Positions 1 to 9,272 of a stretch of DNA of 41,535 bases are shown here, one piece after another. The notes beneath the pieces were generated by a model. It did not search any database, was not told where the DNA came from, and saw nothing but the letters and a program-made list of their open reading frames with translations. The translations under genes were made by a program, and so were the position numbers. Source of the DNA: Fidelibacterota bacterium (GTDB lineage Bacteria; Fidelibacterota; Marinisomatia; Marinisomatales; Marinisomataceae). Location of the stretch: positions 1 to 41,535 of the forward strand of contig JAAZXT010000013.1 in NCBI GenBank assembly GCA_014240005.1. The letters run 5' to 3'. Position 1 is the stretch's first letter. Every line of letters begins with the position of its first letter.

Positions 1-320
1 CCTTGCGATATAAAATTGGCTGTAGAACGTGACCCCGCATCAAAGACATAATTACGGTTATTAATCGATATAACAACACTTTGCTGTGCAATCTGTGGCG
101 TAAGTGGTGTACTTACTCCCGTATAAACTACACGCAACACATCGGGTTGATTAGGTGGAATAGAAAGTAACGACCCAACAGTACGTTCAAATACTTGATT
201 TCTAAAATTTCCAGGGGAATTAAATGCCAATACTATTGCAATAGTAAGAAAGATTAATCCTGTAAAGAATAACCCTAAATATTTTAAAATTTTTCCTTCA
301 GTCAATTCTTCTAAATTCAT
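1..320 (-). CDS. MBL-fold (RNase Z / beta-lactamase-like) hydrolase, N-terminal fragment; the gene continues past the left window edge
   Basis: Not in the ORF track because it is truncated. ATG at 320..318 directly follows the stop (323..321) of the upstream gene. Hand translation: MNLEELTEGKILKYLGLFFTGLIFLTIAIVLAF...DVLRVVYTGVSTPLTPQIAQQSVVISINNRNYVFDAGSRSTANF. This gives one TM helix and then an opening that resembles MBL-fold proteins. The family call rests on motif memory only. Confidence 0.4.
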   Translation of the reverse strand, partial: MNLEELTEGKILKYLGLFFTGLIFLTIAIVLAFNSPGNFRNQVFERTVGSLLSIPPNQPDVLRVVYTGVSTPLTPQIAQQSVVISINNRNYVFDAGSRSTANFISQ

Positions 321-1313
321 CTAGTTTCCCTCTACCTCGCTTATAAAATTAAGCACACCATTGATATAAGTATCGGTGTCATCCCACATAGACATATGGC
401 TTCCATTTTCACACAAAAGAAATTCTCCATTAGGAAATTCATTCGCCATCCATTCTTTATGTTTTGGATCCATGGTATCATGGGTTCCTGCAATAACCAA
501 TGTTGGAATAGTGATGGTAGATAGCTTGTCTGTAATATCCCAAAATTCTAATAATCCAGAGGCTCCAAATTCGCTTGGTCCCTGCATCGCGACATACATA
601 TCTTGGTTAATATTTGCGAACGCATTATTGACCTCATCTGGCCATTCTGCAAGAGGAGTGCGTAACATATGTGTTTGATAATGGTATGGTAGTAATAATT
701 CCATATAACGAGGATTTGTAAAGTCTTTTGCTGCTTCCAGTGCTTGAATTTCTTCCAAGACTTCTGGTGGCATTTGTGGACCCAATACTTCCTCAGCATA
801 CTTGTTGTATGCAGGAATACTTGCCATCATATTAGATACGATTAATCCCTTCATATTATCTTGATATTTGAGGGCATATTCCATACCAAGAATACCGCCC
901 CATGAATGCCCTAAGACATAAAAATTTGACTTGTCTAAGTTTAATGCTTTTCTGACTGTTTCTACTTCTTCTACAAAGCGTTCTATAGTCCATAAACTTG
1001 GATCGTTCGCTGGATCACTGTTGGTAGAACCTAGCTGATCATAGTAATAGTATTCAATGCCTTCATTTGGGAAATAGTCATCAAAAATTTTGAAATATTC
1101 ATGGGTAGCACCTGGACCTCCATGAAGTAACAGTATTTTCACAGATGGATTATCTCCTACTTTCTGTGTCCATACTTGATGGCCTCCATCAATAGTAATC
1201 ATTTCTACACCGTCGTCTTCGGTGAAAAAAACATCATTTATGGTAAATACTAAAAATGCTACTCCTGCTATCATAAATAAAAATGCAATTAGTAATTCTA
1301 ATTTCTTAGACAT
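321..1313 (-). CDS. pip: Proline iminopeptidase-family alpha/beta hydrolase (peptidase S33), N-terminally membrane anchored
   Basis: 330 aa. LLLHGGPGATHEY and nucleophile elbow GHSWGG. N-terminal hydrophobic helix. GGAGGA SD upstream of the ATG at 1313. Confidence 0.75.
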   Translation of the reverse strand: MSKKLELLIAFLFMIAGVAFLVFTINDVFFTEDDGVEMITIDGGHQVWTQKVGDNPSVKILLLHGGPGATHEYFKIFDDYFPNEGIEYYYYDQLGSTNSDPANDPSLWTIERFVEEVETVRKALNLDKSNFYVLGHSWGGILGMEYALKYQDNMKGLIVSNMMASIPAYNKYAEEVLGPQMPPEVLEEIQALEAAKDFTNPRYMELLLPYHYQTHMLRTPLAEWPDEVNNAFANINQDMYVAMQGPSEFGASGLLEFWDITDKLSTITIPTLVIAGTHDTMDPKHKEWMANEFPNGEFLLCENGSHMSMWDDTDTYINGVLNFISEVEGN

Positions 1314-1470
1314 GAATCCTCCGTTTCTTATAACCTTGAAATGATATAGAGTTGTAGACTCAATACAAGCAGTGCCAATATTGTTCTGAGAAATTCCATG
1401 AAATGGTTGTGTCGATCAAAAAATCTCTCAATTTTATACCATCTAGATTCTTTATAATTGTTCTCGTTCA

Positions 1471-1791
1471 TTATTTTTTTCCTAACTCAAGCGATTCGTT
1501 AATCCAATTTAAATAATCTGCATCAACCTTGCTTGTTTCAATTGTAGTAATTTCTGGTACATCATAATTATGTAATTTTTTAATTGTTTTATACACATTC
1601 GCCTCTAAATCTTCAGAAGTTTTAATTAACAGCATTACTTCCCTTGACTCAACAATACGTCCATCTAAGATGTATTTTGAGCGCATACGCGGAATAATAT
1701 TGACACATGCAGCGTACTTCTTATTTAATAATGTATTCGTGATATCTTTCATAGCCTTATGGCTATTAGAAGTTGTTTTAATAATAATCAT
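1471..1791 (-). CDS. cutA: Divalent-cation tolerance protein CutA
   Basis: 106 aa. AACVNIIP...S.Y.W.G.I...E..L.IKT pattern typical of CutA1. Confidence 0.8.
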   Translation of the reverse strand: MIIIKTTSNSHKAMKDITNTLLNKKYAACVNIIPRMRSKYILDGRIVESREVMLLIKTSEDLEANVYKTIKKLHNYDVPEITTIETSKVDADYLNWINESLELGKK

Positions 1792-1796
1792 ACTAT

Positions 1797-3596
1797 TTAC
1801 TGATTTTCAATCCATTCATAGACAATGTCTTGAAGGATATCCATGGACACGCCTCCATTTTTTAAGACAACATCATGAAACCCTTGAAGGGAGAATGTAT
1901 CACCGAGTGTTTCCTCAGCATGTGCACGTAATTCTTGAATCTTTAACATCCCTATTTTATAAGAAACGGCTTGACCTGGCCATACAATATGACGCTCTAC
2001 CATCCCAACACAATCACCTTCTGGATTTGCTGTATTGTTCATATAATAATCAATCCCCTCTTCTCTGGTCCATCGATAATGATGAATCCCAGTATCAACT
2101 ACCAAACGACATGCTCTCCAAAGCTCTCCAGATAAACGACCAAAATCAGAATATGGATCTTTGTAGAGACCAATTTCTTTTGGGAGTGTTTCTGAGTATA
2201 GCGCCCACCCTTCGGAGAATACACTATATCCGCCATATTTTCTGAAGTTTGGCATCCCTTTTACTTCTAATGCGATCGCAATTTGCATATGATGCCCAGG
2301 AATAGCTTCATGATAAGCCAGATTTTCTAACTTATAGATTGGCATATCTTGCATATTATACAAATTAGCATAATAAATTCCAGGACGACTTCCATCAGCT
2401 TGACCGCGATTATAAAATGCAATACCAGCAGAGGCTTCACGATATGGCTCCACCGCTTTAACAATAAGTGGAATACTTGGTAATCCATAAAACAATTCTT
2501 CGATACGATTAGATAATGTATCAACCACCACATTCACTTGATCTAAATACATTTGACGCCCCTTAGATCCTTGTGGATAATAGAATTGTGGATCTGTTCT
2601 CATAAAATCAAAGAATTCTTGTAGGGTGCCTTCAAAAGCAACCGTCTCCATAATAGTATAAATTTCTTCATGAATACGAGCCACTTCATCTAAACCAATT
2701 TGATGAATTTCTTCTGCAGTTAGTCCTAATGTAGTGTAATTGTCTAAGCTATGTTGATAGTATTCAGCGCCGTTAGGATACTTCCAAACACCATCATTGT
2801 TGGTAGCTTTTAGTTGTTGTGCGCTGAGAAAATCAATTAAGTTTCTATAAGAATGATTCACTATGGTAACTAAAATAGCTTCTGCTTCACTTTTATAACG
2901 CAACTTGACTGCATCTGTTAGATCTAACGCTTCTAGCTTTGTAACAAAATCTTTATAGATAACATTCTGTTCTTTTCCTTCTTCAAATGGATAGCCTGAT
3001 ATGATATTTTCACACACAGCAATAGCTTTAGGATAGACAAACATAGGTGCAATTGTTCCAACATCTTCTCTTATGGTTAGTTCTTTAATAAATTCTTCAA
3101 ATAATGGCTCAATATTGCGCAATCTTCCGAGATAATCTTTAACATCTCTTTCATCCTCTATAATATGATAATTGATTAAAAAAGATGGAATAGAAGAGTG
3201 TTTTCCGCCACGATGAGTTACCATATATCCACGAAAAAGATATTTATCAGCATCAATCGTTCTTTGTAAAGATTTCTCCATTAATCGATAACTGATTGCT
3301 GTCTTACCGTCTAGTTTGTTAATATTGATATGTTCATTTAGATATTCTAAGTCAAAAGCAGCATCTCTTGCATCTTTTCTTCTTTTAGGCCATGAGATAT
3401 CATCCCATTGATCGTAATTAGATTTATATCCTAACCTAGATTGAAATTCAGGACTATCTAACACCCTATCTTGAAAAATAGATTCAAAAAATTGATTTGC
3501 TTCTTTGATTTCATCTTGATCAACCTTTAACCCTGTGCATGCATTGATTATTAATAAAAATGCTAGTAGAGCCGTGTATTTAAAAATATTTTGCAT
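1797..3596 (-). CDS. DUF885-family secreted lipoprotein (putative metallopeptidase-like)
   Basis: 599 aa. Lipobox LLIINAC. HEAIPGHHMQ motif and overall layout typical of DUF885. Confidence 0.7.
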   Translation of the reverse strand: MQNIFKYTALLAFLLIINACTGLKVDQDEIKEANQFFESIFQDRVLDSPEFQSRLGYKSNYDQWDDISWPKRRKDARDAAFDLEYLNEHININKLDGKTAISYRLMEKSLQRTIDADKYLFRGYMVTHRGGKHSSIPSFLINYHIIEDERDVKDYLGRLRNIEPLFEEFIKELTIREDVGTIAPMFVYPKAIAVCENIISGYPFEEGKEQNVIYKDFVTKLEALDLTDAVKLRYKSEAEAILVTIVNHSYRNLIDFLSAQQLKATNNDGVWKYPNGAEYYQHSLDNYTTLGLTAEEIHQIGLDEVARIHEEIYTIMETVAFEGTLQEFFDFMRTDPQFYYPQGSKGRQMYLDQVNVVVDTLSNRIEELFYGLPSIPLIVKAVEPYREASAGIAFYNRGQADGSRPGIYYANLYNMQDMPIYKLENLAYHEAIPGHHMQIAIALEVKGMPNFRKYGGYSVFSEGWALYSETLPKEIGLYKDPYSDFGRLSGELWRACRLVVDTGIHHYRWTREEGIDYYMNNTANPEGDCVGMVERHIVWPGQAVSYKIGMLKIQELRAHAEETLGDTFSLQGFHDVVLKNGGVSMDILQDIVYEWIENQ

Positions 3597-3628
3597 AGTT
3601 AATCTCTTTATTTAATGTTTAAAGGTTT

Positions 3629-4501
3629 TTAATTTAGTAAAAATTCTGCAGACAGTATGGTATTTTCTACCAACATAGCGATAGTCATTGGACCCACTCC
3701 TTTAGGTACGGGAGTAAGCGCACTTGCTTTACCGGTGACACTTGATTGATTCACGTCTCCAACAATAACAGATTTTCCGTCACATTCAATACGATTAATA
3801 CCGACATCAACAAGACAAGCACCTTCTTTAATGAAAGAAGCATCTAAGAATTCTGGGGAACCCATCGCTGCTACTACAACATCTGCTTGTTGGGTAAAAT
3901 ACTTTAAATCGGATGTACCGCTATGACAAAGTGTTACCGTTGCATTTCCTAGCGATTTAAGGCTAGATAATACCGATACAGGTCTTCCGACAATATTACT
4001 ACGCCCGACCACAACCACATGTTTTCCATTTAAATCGACTTGAAAATGTTTTAACATAAACATGATTCCTTTTGGTGTACAAGGAACAAATCTTGGTCGT
4101 CCTATTGATAATAATCCAGCATTTTCTGGATGAAATCCATCGACATCTTTTTTAGGGTCGATAGCATGAATAACTTTATCGCTATCAATATGTTTTGGTA
4201 AAGGTAGTTGAACTAGAATCCCATGAAAACTGTCATCTGCATTAATTTTAACAATTAAATCAAGTACTTCTTGTTCTGAAACAGAGTCTTCTAGACGATG
4301 AAGCTCCGATTTAAGACCTAAAGCATCAAAACGTTTTGTTTTATTGCGAACATAAATTTGTGACGCAGGGTCTTCTCCGACTAGGATAGCTGCTAATCCA
4401 GGCGTAACACCTTTTTCTTTCAAAGCATGAATACGGTCATGCAAGCTATCATAAAGAGCATGACTTGCTTCTACCCCTGATAAGATCTTTGTATCGAACA
4501 T
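3629..4501 (-). CDS. folD: Bifunctional methylenetetrahydrofolate dehydrogenase / methenyl-THF cyclohydrolase
   Basis: 290 aa. PGLAAILVGEDPASQIYVRNK, VQLPLP, GRSNIVGRP, TPVPKGVGPMTIAML. Confidence 0.95.
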   Translation of the reverse strand: MFDTKILSGVEASHALYDSLHDRIHALKEKGVTPGLAAILVGEDPASQIYVRNKTKRFDALGLKSELHRLEDSVSEQEVLDLIVKINADDSFHGILVQLPLPKHIDSDKVIHAIDPKKDVDGFHPENAGLLSIGRPRFVPCTPKGIMFMLKHFQVDLNGKHVVVVGRSNIVGRPVSVLSSLKSLGNATVTLCHSGTSDLKYFTQQADVVVAAMGSPEFLDASFIKEGACLVDVGINRIECDGKSVIVGDVNQSSVTGKASALTPVPKGVGPMTIAMLVENTILSAEFLLN

Positions 4502-4520
4502 TAAGCCCCTCTCCTAATTT

Positions 4521-4814
4521 TTAAACTATCTCTTCAATGCGCTCAACCAAAGATTTAATCTTTGATTCTACTTCACCTTTAAAGGAGTATTCTCCTCTTT
4601 GGGCGCTCATTAATTCATCAGAGATATTCATTGCAGCTAAGATTGCTATTTTAGATGCATTTAAGGAGGAAGGTGCTGATTTTTGAATTTCTGCCATCTT
4701 TCTATCTACTAATGCAGCACATTCTCTTATGTGAGCTTCGTTAACAGTAGCACGAATAGAATATTCTTGACCAAAAATTCTAACTTTAACAACTTTTTTT
4801 TCTGAACTTTCCAT
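4521..4814 (-). CDS. zapA: Cell division protein ZapA
   Basis: 97 aa. V.V.IFGQEYSIR...A..VD.KM.EI...KIAILAAMNISDEL pattern. Sits downstream of pheT, as in many bacteria. Confidence 0.75.
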   Translation of the reverse strand: MESSEKKVVKVRIFGQEYSIRATVNEAHIRECAALVDRKMAEIQKSAPSSLNASKIAILAAMNISDELMSAQRGEYSFKGEVESKIKSLVERIEEIV

Positions 4815-4826
4815 AATATTTTCCTA

Positions 4827-7205
4827 TTAATTATCTCTTAATTTAGCATTAAATTTCTTCGTAACAACCTTTATAATTTCTGCAATAACTGCATTTACCT
4901 CATTGTCTTCAAGTGTTTTTTTAACACTCTGAAATGACAATTTAAACAATACATTCTTCTTATTATCTTCTTCCTTTGATTCATAAATATCAACAGGAGA
5001 TACATGTTGTAGTATTGACTGATTTATCGATTTCATAGCAGCACACACTTCGCCTAAATTTGTACCACTATCTAATTTGAAATTTAAATCTCTATTTACT
5101 ACAGGATATAGCACAACATCTTTTACTTTAACATTATGGTTAAAATGCTCTACAAAAAAGGATGTGTTAATATCCATAACACAAACATTTGTTTTATGCG
5201 CAATATCTAACTTATTAAGAAATGAATCAGCTACGACACCTATAGAACCTACTGTATTCTTTTTGCCGTCGACAATACGATAAAAAATATCGCAATATGA
5301 ATGCTTATCTTCTACAAATTTTACTTTAGTTTTAGTGAGGGTTTCAAAAATATTCGTTGCCATCCCTTTTAATAAAAAGAAATTATTTTCTAATGCATTA
5401 AAATGTACATTCTTTTCATAGAAATTTCCATGAACGAGACAAGAAAAATTACTCACTTGATCAATATCTTTTAAAGAATCACCTTTTTTCTCAAACACGG
5501 TCCCATGCTCATAAATTAATGTATTAGCTGAACCATTTTTAAAATTAAAGTCTAAGTTTTCAAATAAGCCACGATGAAGAGTTGTACGCAGTGTATTCAT
5601 TTTTTCTGAAGAAGGATTCATTACAGATACTGGATTAATTCCAAAAACCTTTACCTCTTCAATATCTTGTAATGAATTATTATAAGATTGATTAAATCCT
5701 AAGGAAGATAAGTGTTGCTTTAACTCAAACAATGGTTGTTCTGCATCGTTAGCATATTGCATTTGAGATGAGAAACTATAAGAAGACTTAATATTCTCAT
5801 AACCATAGCAACGTAACACCTCTTCAATAAGATCAGTTTCATGCTTTACGTCATGCCTAAAAGAAGGAATAACACACTCCCAACCTGTTTTTGATTTTTT
5901 GTTTCGAATATGCAATCCATCGAGTATAGAACTAACAGATTTATGATTAATATCTTGACCTGTATACTTTAATAATTTATCCTCTGATAATGAAATTTTA
6001 TGTAAGGTTGGGTCAATGGTAGATTCACCCGTAACAAGAGATTCTAAGGTACCTCCTGCCACTTCAGACATAAGGCCTACAATCATATAGAATGCTTCTA
6101 AAACAGCTTCCGGATCTGCGCCTCTTTCAAAACGTCTAGATGCTTCTGATAATAAATTTAACTTTTTAGATCCTTTTCTTACAACAACAGGATCAAAATA
6201 AGCGCTCTCAATCAATACTTCTGTTGTCGTATCAGATACAGCACTATCTTTACCACCAATAATACCTGCCAATGCAATCGTATTCACAGAATCTGTTATA
6301 ATAAGATGATCCGTATCCAACTTATAAGATTCTTCATCTAATGCATCAAATTTTTCGCCTTTTTTAGCCCATTTTACCTCAATCATAGGCTTTGAAAGCT
6401 TCTTTAAATCAAAAATATGCGTTGGATGTCCAATTTCTAATAACATAAAATTTGATATATCAACTAAGTTATTAATGCTTTTTTGTCCTACAGATTTTAA
6501 ATAATCTGCAAGCCATTTAGGAGATGGTCCAACAGTAAGGTTTTTCATCGTACCTGCAATATAGCGGGTACATCCACCTTTTTTATCCAATATTACTTTA
6601 ACGACATCATTACTTTGGGATGTAGCTTTTAAAGCCTCTATAGGGTTTTTAAGTTTAGAACCGGACATAGCAGCTATTTCTCTTGCAATACCACGATGGC
6701 TCAATGCAAATGCTTTATCTGGTGTGACTTCTACATCGATAGCATCGTATGTTTCACCCAATACAGTATCAATCTTTGCACCTACTGTACAGGAACTGTC
6801 TAAAACCATAATACCGTCATGTTCTTCTGATATTCCCAATTCTCTTTCCGAGCAAATCATTCCGAAGCTTTCAGCTCCTCTAATCTTTGCTTTTCCAATC
6901 TTAAAATCTCCAGGCAATACAGCACCTACTTTAGCAAATACAATCTTTTGACCTTTGTCAACATTAGGCGCTCCACAAACCACGTTATATGTCTCGTTTC
7001 CATCTGTAACTGTACAAACCTTTAATTTGTCAGCATCTGGGTGTTTTTTGGCGGATTTAACCTCACCTACAACAATATGTTCCAGTGCACTAAAATCTGC
7101 AACTACTTCGGATTCAAACCCTCGCATAGTTAATTTATCTGCAAGCTCAGATGGAGAGTATTCAAAATCAACAAAACGCTTAAGCCATGATAGAGAAACT
7201 TTCAT
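4827..7205 (-). CDS. pheT: Phenylalanine--tRNA ligase beta subunit
   Basis: 792 aa. N-terminal MKVSLSWLK..., tRNA-binding domain, B3/4 and B5 regions. TAATG overlap with pheS. Confidence 0.95.
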   Translation of the reverse strand: MKVSLSWLKRFVDFEYSPSELADKLTMRGFESEVVADFSALEHIVVGEVKSAKKHPDADKLKVCTVTDGNETYNVVCGAPNVDKGQKIVFAKVGAVLPGDFKIGKAKIRGAESFGMICSERELGISEEHDGIMVLDSSCTVGAKIDTVLGETYDAIDVEVTPDKAFALSHRGIAREIAAMSGSKLKNPIEALKATSQSNDVVKVILDKKGGCTRYIAGTMKNLTVGPSPKWLADYLKSVGQKSINNLVDISNFMLLEIGHPTHIFDLKKLSKPMIEVKWAKKGEKFDALDEESYKLDTDHLIITDSVNTIALAGIIGGKDSAVSDTTTEVLIESAYFDPVVVRKGSKKLNLLSEASRRFERGADPEAVLEAFYMIVGLMSEVAGGTLESLVTGESTIDPTLHKISLSEDKLLKYTGQDINHKSVSSILDGLHIRNKKSKTGWECVIPSFRHDVKHETDLIEEVLRCYGYENIKSSYSFSSQMQYANDAEQPLFELKQHLSSLGFNQSYNNSLQDIEEVKVFGINPVSVMNPSSEKMNTLRTTLHRGLFENLDFNFKNGSANTLIYEHGTVFEKKGDSLKDIDQVSNFSCLVHGNFYEKNVHFNALENNFFLLKGMATNIFETLTKTKVKFVEDKHSYCDIFYRIVDGKKNTVGSIGVVADSFLNKLDIAHKTNVCVMDINTSFFVEHFNHNVKVKDVVLYPVVNRDLNFKLDSGTNLGEVCAAMKSINQSILQHVSPVDIYESKEEDNKKNVLFKLSFQSVKKTLEDNEVNAVIAEIIKVVTKKFNAKLRDN

Positions 7206-8194
7206 TAGAATTGCTCCAAAAATCGTTTATCATTCTGATAGAATAGACGAATATCTTTAATTCCATATTTAATCATCGCAATACGCTCTATACCCATTCC
7301 GAAAGCAAATCCTTGGTATTTTGTATTATCATATTCAACATTTGCAAGCACGTTTGGATTTACCATACCACATCCTAGAATTTCCATCCATTGATTGAGC
7401 TTATCGTTCCATATATCTACTTCAGCGCTTGGCTCAGTAAATGGAAAATAGCTTGGTCTAAATCGCATTTTAGTACCTTTTCCGAACATTTCCTGTACAA
7501 AGTACTCTAAAGTACCTTTCATTTCTGCAAAAGAAGAAGATTCGTTAATCACTAAACCCTCTACTTGATTAAACAGACAAAAACTTTTATAACTCACTGC
7601 TTCGTTTCTAAACACTCTTCCACAGCAAATATGACGGATAGGTGGATCTTGATTTTCCATTAAGTGAATTTGAACATTTGAAGTATGAGTTCTTAATACT
7701 GTATTAGGGTCAATAAAAAATGTATCTTGCATATCTCTTGCAGGATGATGTTTTGGCACATTTAATGCCTCAAAATTATGATAATCATCATCAATCTCAG
7801 GTCCATAGGCGACAGAGAACCCAATAGATTGAAAAATTGACTTTATCTCACTAGTAATTTGTTCTAATGGATGTAAACTTCCTTTGGGTAAAGTATATCC
7901 AGGTAATGAAAAATCTTCTGAATTATCATTAGACTTACCACTATCAGGATTTAATTGATTTAATTTTTTATTAAAAGCGTTATTTAGGTCTGTTTTTAAA
8001 ATATTTAAAGCTTTTCCATACTTAGGCTTCTCAGATCCAGGAAGTTTTGTAAAATCATCAAATAGTACAGTAAGCTTACCTTTTCTTCCTAGGTATGTAA
8101 TGCGGATATTTTCGAGATCAGTAGTTGTTTTGCAGTTAGATAAGTCTGAGTGAAAAGATGTCTTAATTTCTTTGATAGTGTTATCTAGTGACAT
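7205..8194 (-). CDS. pheS: Phenylalanine--tRNA ligase alpha subunit
   Basis: 329 aa. HPARDMQDTFF, LRTHTS, FRPSYFPFTEPSAEVD, GFAFGMGIERIAM. Confidence 0.95.
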   Translation of the reverse strand: MSLDNTIKEIKTSFHSDLSNCKTTTDLENIRITYLGRKGKLTVLFDDFTKLPGSEKPKYGKALNILKTDLNNAFNKKLNQLNPDSGKSNDNSEDFSLPGYTLPKGSLHPLEQITSEIKSIFQSIGFSVAYGPEIDDDYHNFEALNVPKHHPARDMQDTFFIDPNTVLRTHTSNVQIHLMENQDPPIRHICCGRVFRNEAVSYKSFCLFNQVEGLVINESSSFAEMKGTLEYFVQEMFGKGTKMRFRPSYFPFTEPSAEVDIWNDKLNQWMEILGCGMVNPNVLANVEYDNTKYQGFAFGMGIERIAMIKYGIKDIRLFYQNDKRFLEQF

Positions 8195-8202
8195 CTTTAT
8201 TT

Positions 8203-8553
8203 TTATTTTTTCTTTAAATATTTTACAAGGTCTTCAAATACAGATGGATTATTAACTGCTAGATGAGCTAAAATCTTCCTGTCTAAATCGACTCCCTTCT
8301 CCTTCAATAAATGTACAAAATTCGAATATGATAAACCATTTAATCTTGATGCAGCATTAATGCGTACAATCCAAAGACGTCTAAACTGACGTTTCTTTTG
8401 TCTTCTATCTCTATAAGCATATAAACCAGCCTTAACTACTGCATCTTTTGCAGCTTTATAATTACGGCTTCTTGCTCCGAAATAACCTTTTGCTGACTTA
8501 ACAGTCTTGCGATGTCTTCTATGTCTTGGAACTGAACTATTGGACCTTGGCAT
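8203..8553 (-). CDS. rplT: 50S ribosomal protein L20
   Basis: 116 aa. Basic. [24 protein letters not shown]. Confidence 0.95.
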   Translation of the reverse strand: MPRSNSSVPRHRRHRKTVKSAKGYFGARSRNYKAAKDAVVKAGLYAYRDRRQKKRQFRRLWIVRINAASRLNGLSYSNFVHLLKEKGVDLDRKILAHLAVNNPSVFEDLVKYLKKK

Positions 8554-8556
8554 AAC

Positions 8557-8754
8557 TTATACCTTCCCCATCATTTTTTTCATGCGTTTTTCAAAAGCAG
8601 GTGCTACCACTGTCGCTTTTTTTGCTGAACGTTTCACATCTTTATCTCTACGGATTAACATATGTGAATGTCCTGCTTTATTACGTTTCAGTTTACCTGA
8701 GGCAGTGACCTTAAATCTTTTTGATACACTTTTTCTTGTTTTCATCTTTGGCAT
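8557..8754 (-). CDS. rpmI: 50S ribosomal protein L35
   Basis: 65 aa. MPKMKTRKSVSKRFKVTASGKLKR. Confidence 0.95.
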   Translation of the reverse strand: MPKMKTRKSVSKRFKVTASGKLKRNKAGHSHMLIRRDKDVKRSAKKATVVAPAFEKRMKKMMGKV

Positions 8755-8762
8755 AATATTTC

Positions 8763-9272
8763 CTATTTCGGGGCTAATATTATAGATTTCTTTCGTCCCA
8801 TCAAAGGAGAATCTTTTTCCATTTGTGCATGCTCACTTAACGACGACAAAACTCGTGTTAATAGGTCCTCACCTAAATCTTGACGTGACATCTCCCTACC
8901 TCTATACATTAAGGTAAGTTTTAATTTATAACCATCGTTTAAAAACTTTTTTCCCATTTTTAACTTATTTTCTAAATCATGATCTCCAATATTTGGTCTC
9001 ATTCTTAATTCTTTTACCTTTATAACATGATGGTTTTTTCGACTTTGCTGTGCTTTCTTCTTTTCTTCATATTTAAATTTGCCAAAATCCATAATTTTAC
9101 ATACAGGTGGTTTTGCATTTGGTGATATTTCTACTAAATCTAAATCTACTTCTTCCGCTCTATTTAAGGCTTCTGGAACTGTTACAATTCCTATTTGTTC
9201 TTTATCATGCCCTATAAGCCTAACTTTATCTGCATAAATTCGGTTATTTACTCTTATTCTTTTCGTTTTAAT
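8763..9272 (-). CDS. infC: Translation initiation factor IF-3, with ATT (AUU) start
   Basis: The ORF track starts at the internal Met (9092). The same frame is open upstream to 9290 and encodes the conserved IF-3 N-domain (IKTKRIRVNNRIYADKVRLIGHDKEQIGIVTVPEALNRAEEVDLDLVEISPNAKPPVCKIMDFGKFKYE). There is no in-frame ATG/GTG/TTG in that stretch. ATT at 9272..9270 is preceded by AGGAG (9285..9281) at 8-nt spacing. Confidence 0.85.
   Translation of the reverse strand: MKTKRIRVNNRIYADKVRLIGHDKEQIGIVTVPEALNRAEEVDLDLVEISPNAKPPVCKIMDFGKFKYEEKKKAQQSRKNHHVIKVKELRMRPNIGDHDLENKLKMGKKFLNDGYKLKLTLMYRGREMSRQDLGEDLLTRVLSSLSEHAQMEKDSPLMGRKKSIILAPK

Noticed and set aside
1328-1399. 23-codon hydrophobic minus-strand ORF (MEFLRTILALLVLSLQLYIISRL) in the cutA-pip gap
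   Set aside because: It has no SD-like sequence upstream and no similarity to neighbouring genes. It is indistinguishable from chance in a 157-nt AT-rich spacer.
1670-2245. 191-aa plus-strand ORF spanning the cutA / DUF885 boundary
   Set aside because: It is entirely antisense to two well-supported minus-strand genes. The translation is low-complexity and junk-like with no recognisable motif and no SD. This is a typical shadow ORF of an AT-rich genome.
4794-4801. A8 run (coding strand) near the 5' end of zapA as a second slippage site
   Set aside because: It sits at codons 5-7 (E-K-K), where a shift would simply abolish the protein. It is most simply two Lys codons in an AT-rich genome. I kept it only as a control showing that such runs arise by chance.
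6955-7260. 101-aa plus-strand ORF across the pheT/pheS junction, together with similar shadow ORFs at 376..678, 5077..5283, 6724..6951, 8507..8785, 13114..13398, 19723..19926, 23425..23613, 27808..27993, 28107..28319, 28589..28810, 31037..31336, 32395..32709, 36157..36363 and 36407..36634
   Set aside because: All are antisense or out of frame within strongly supported conserved genes. None has a recognisable domain.
8763-9092. 109-aa version of IF-3 starting at the first ATG
   Set aside because: It would delete the conserved N-terminal domain, which is clearly encoded in frame upstream. The ATT start at 9272 is preferred.
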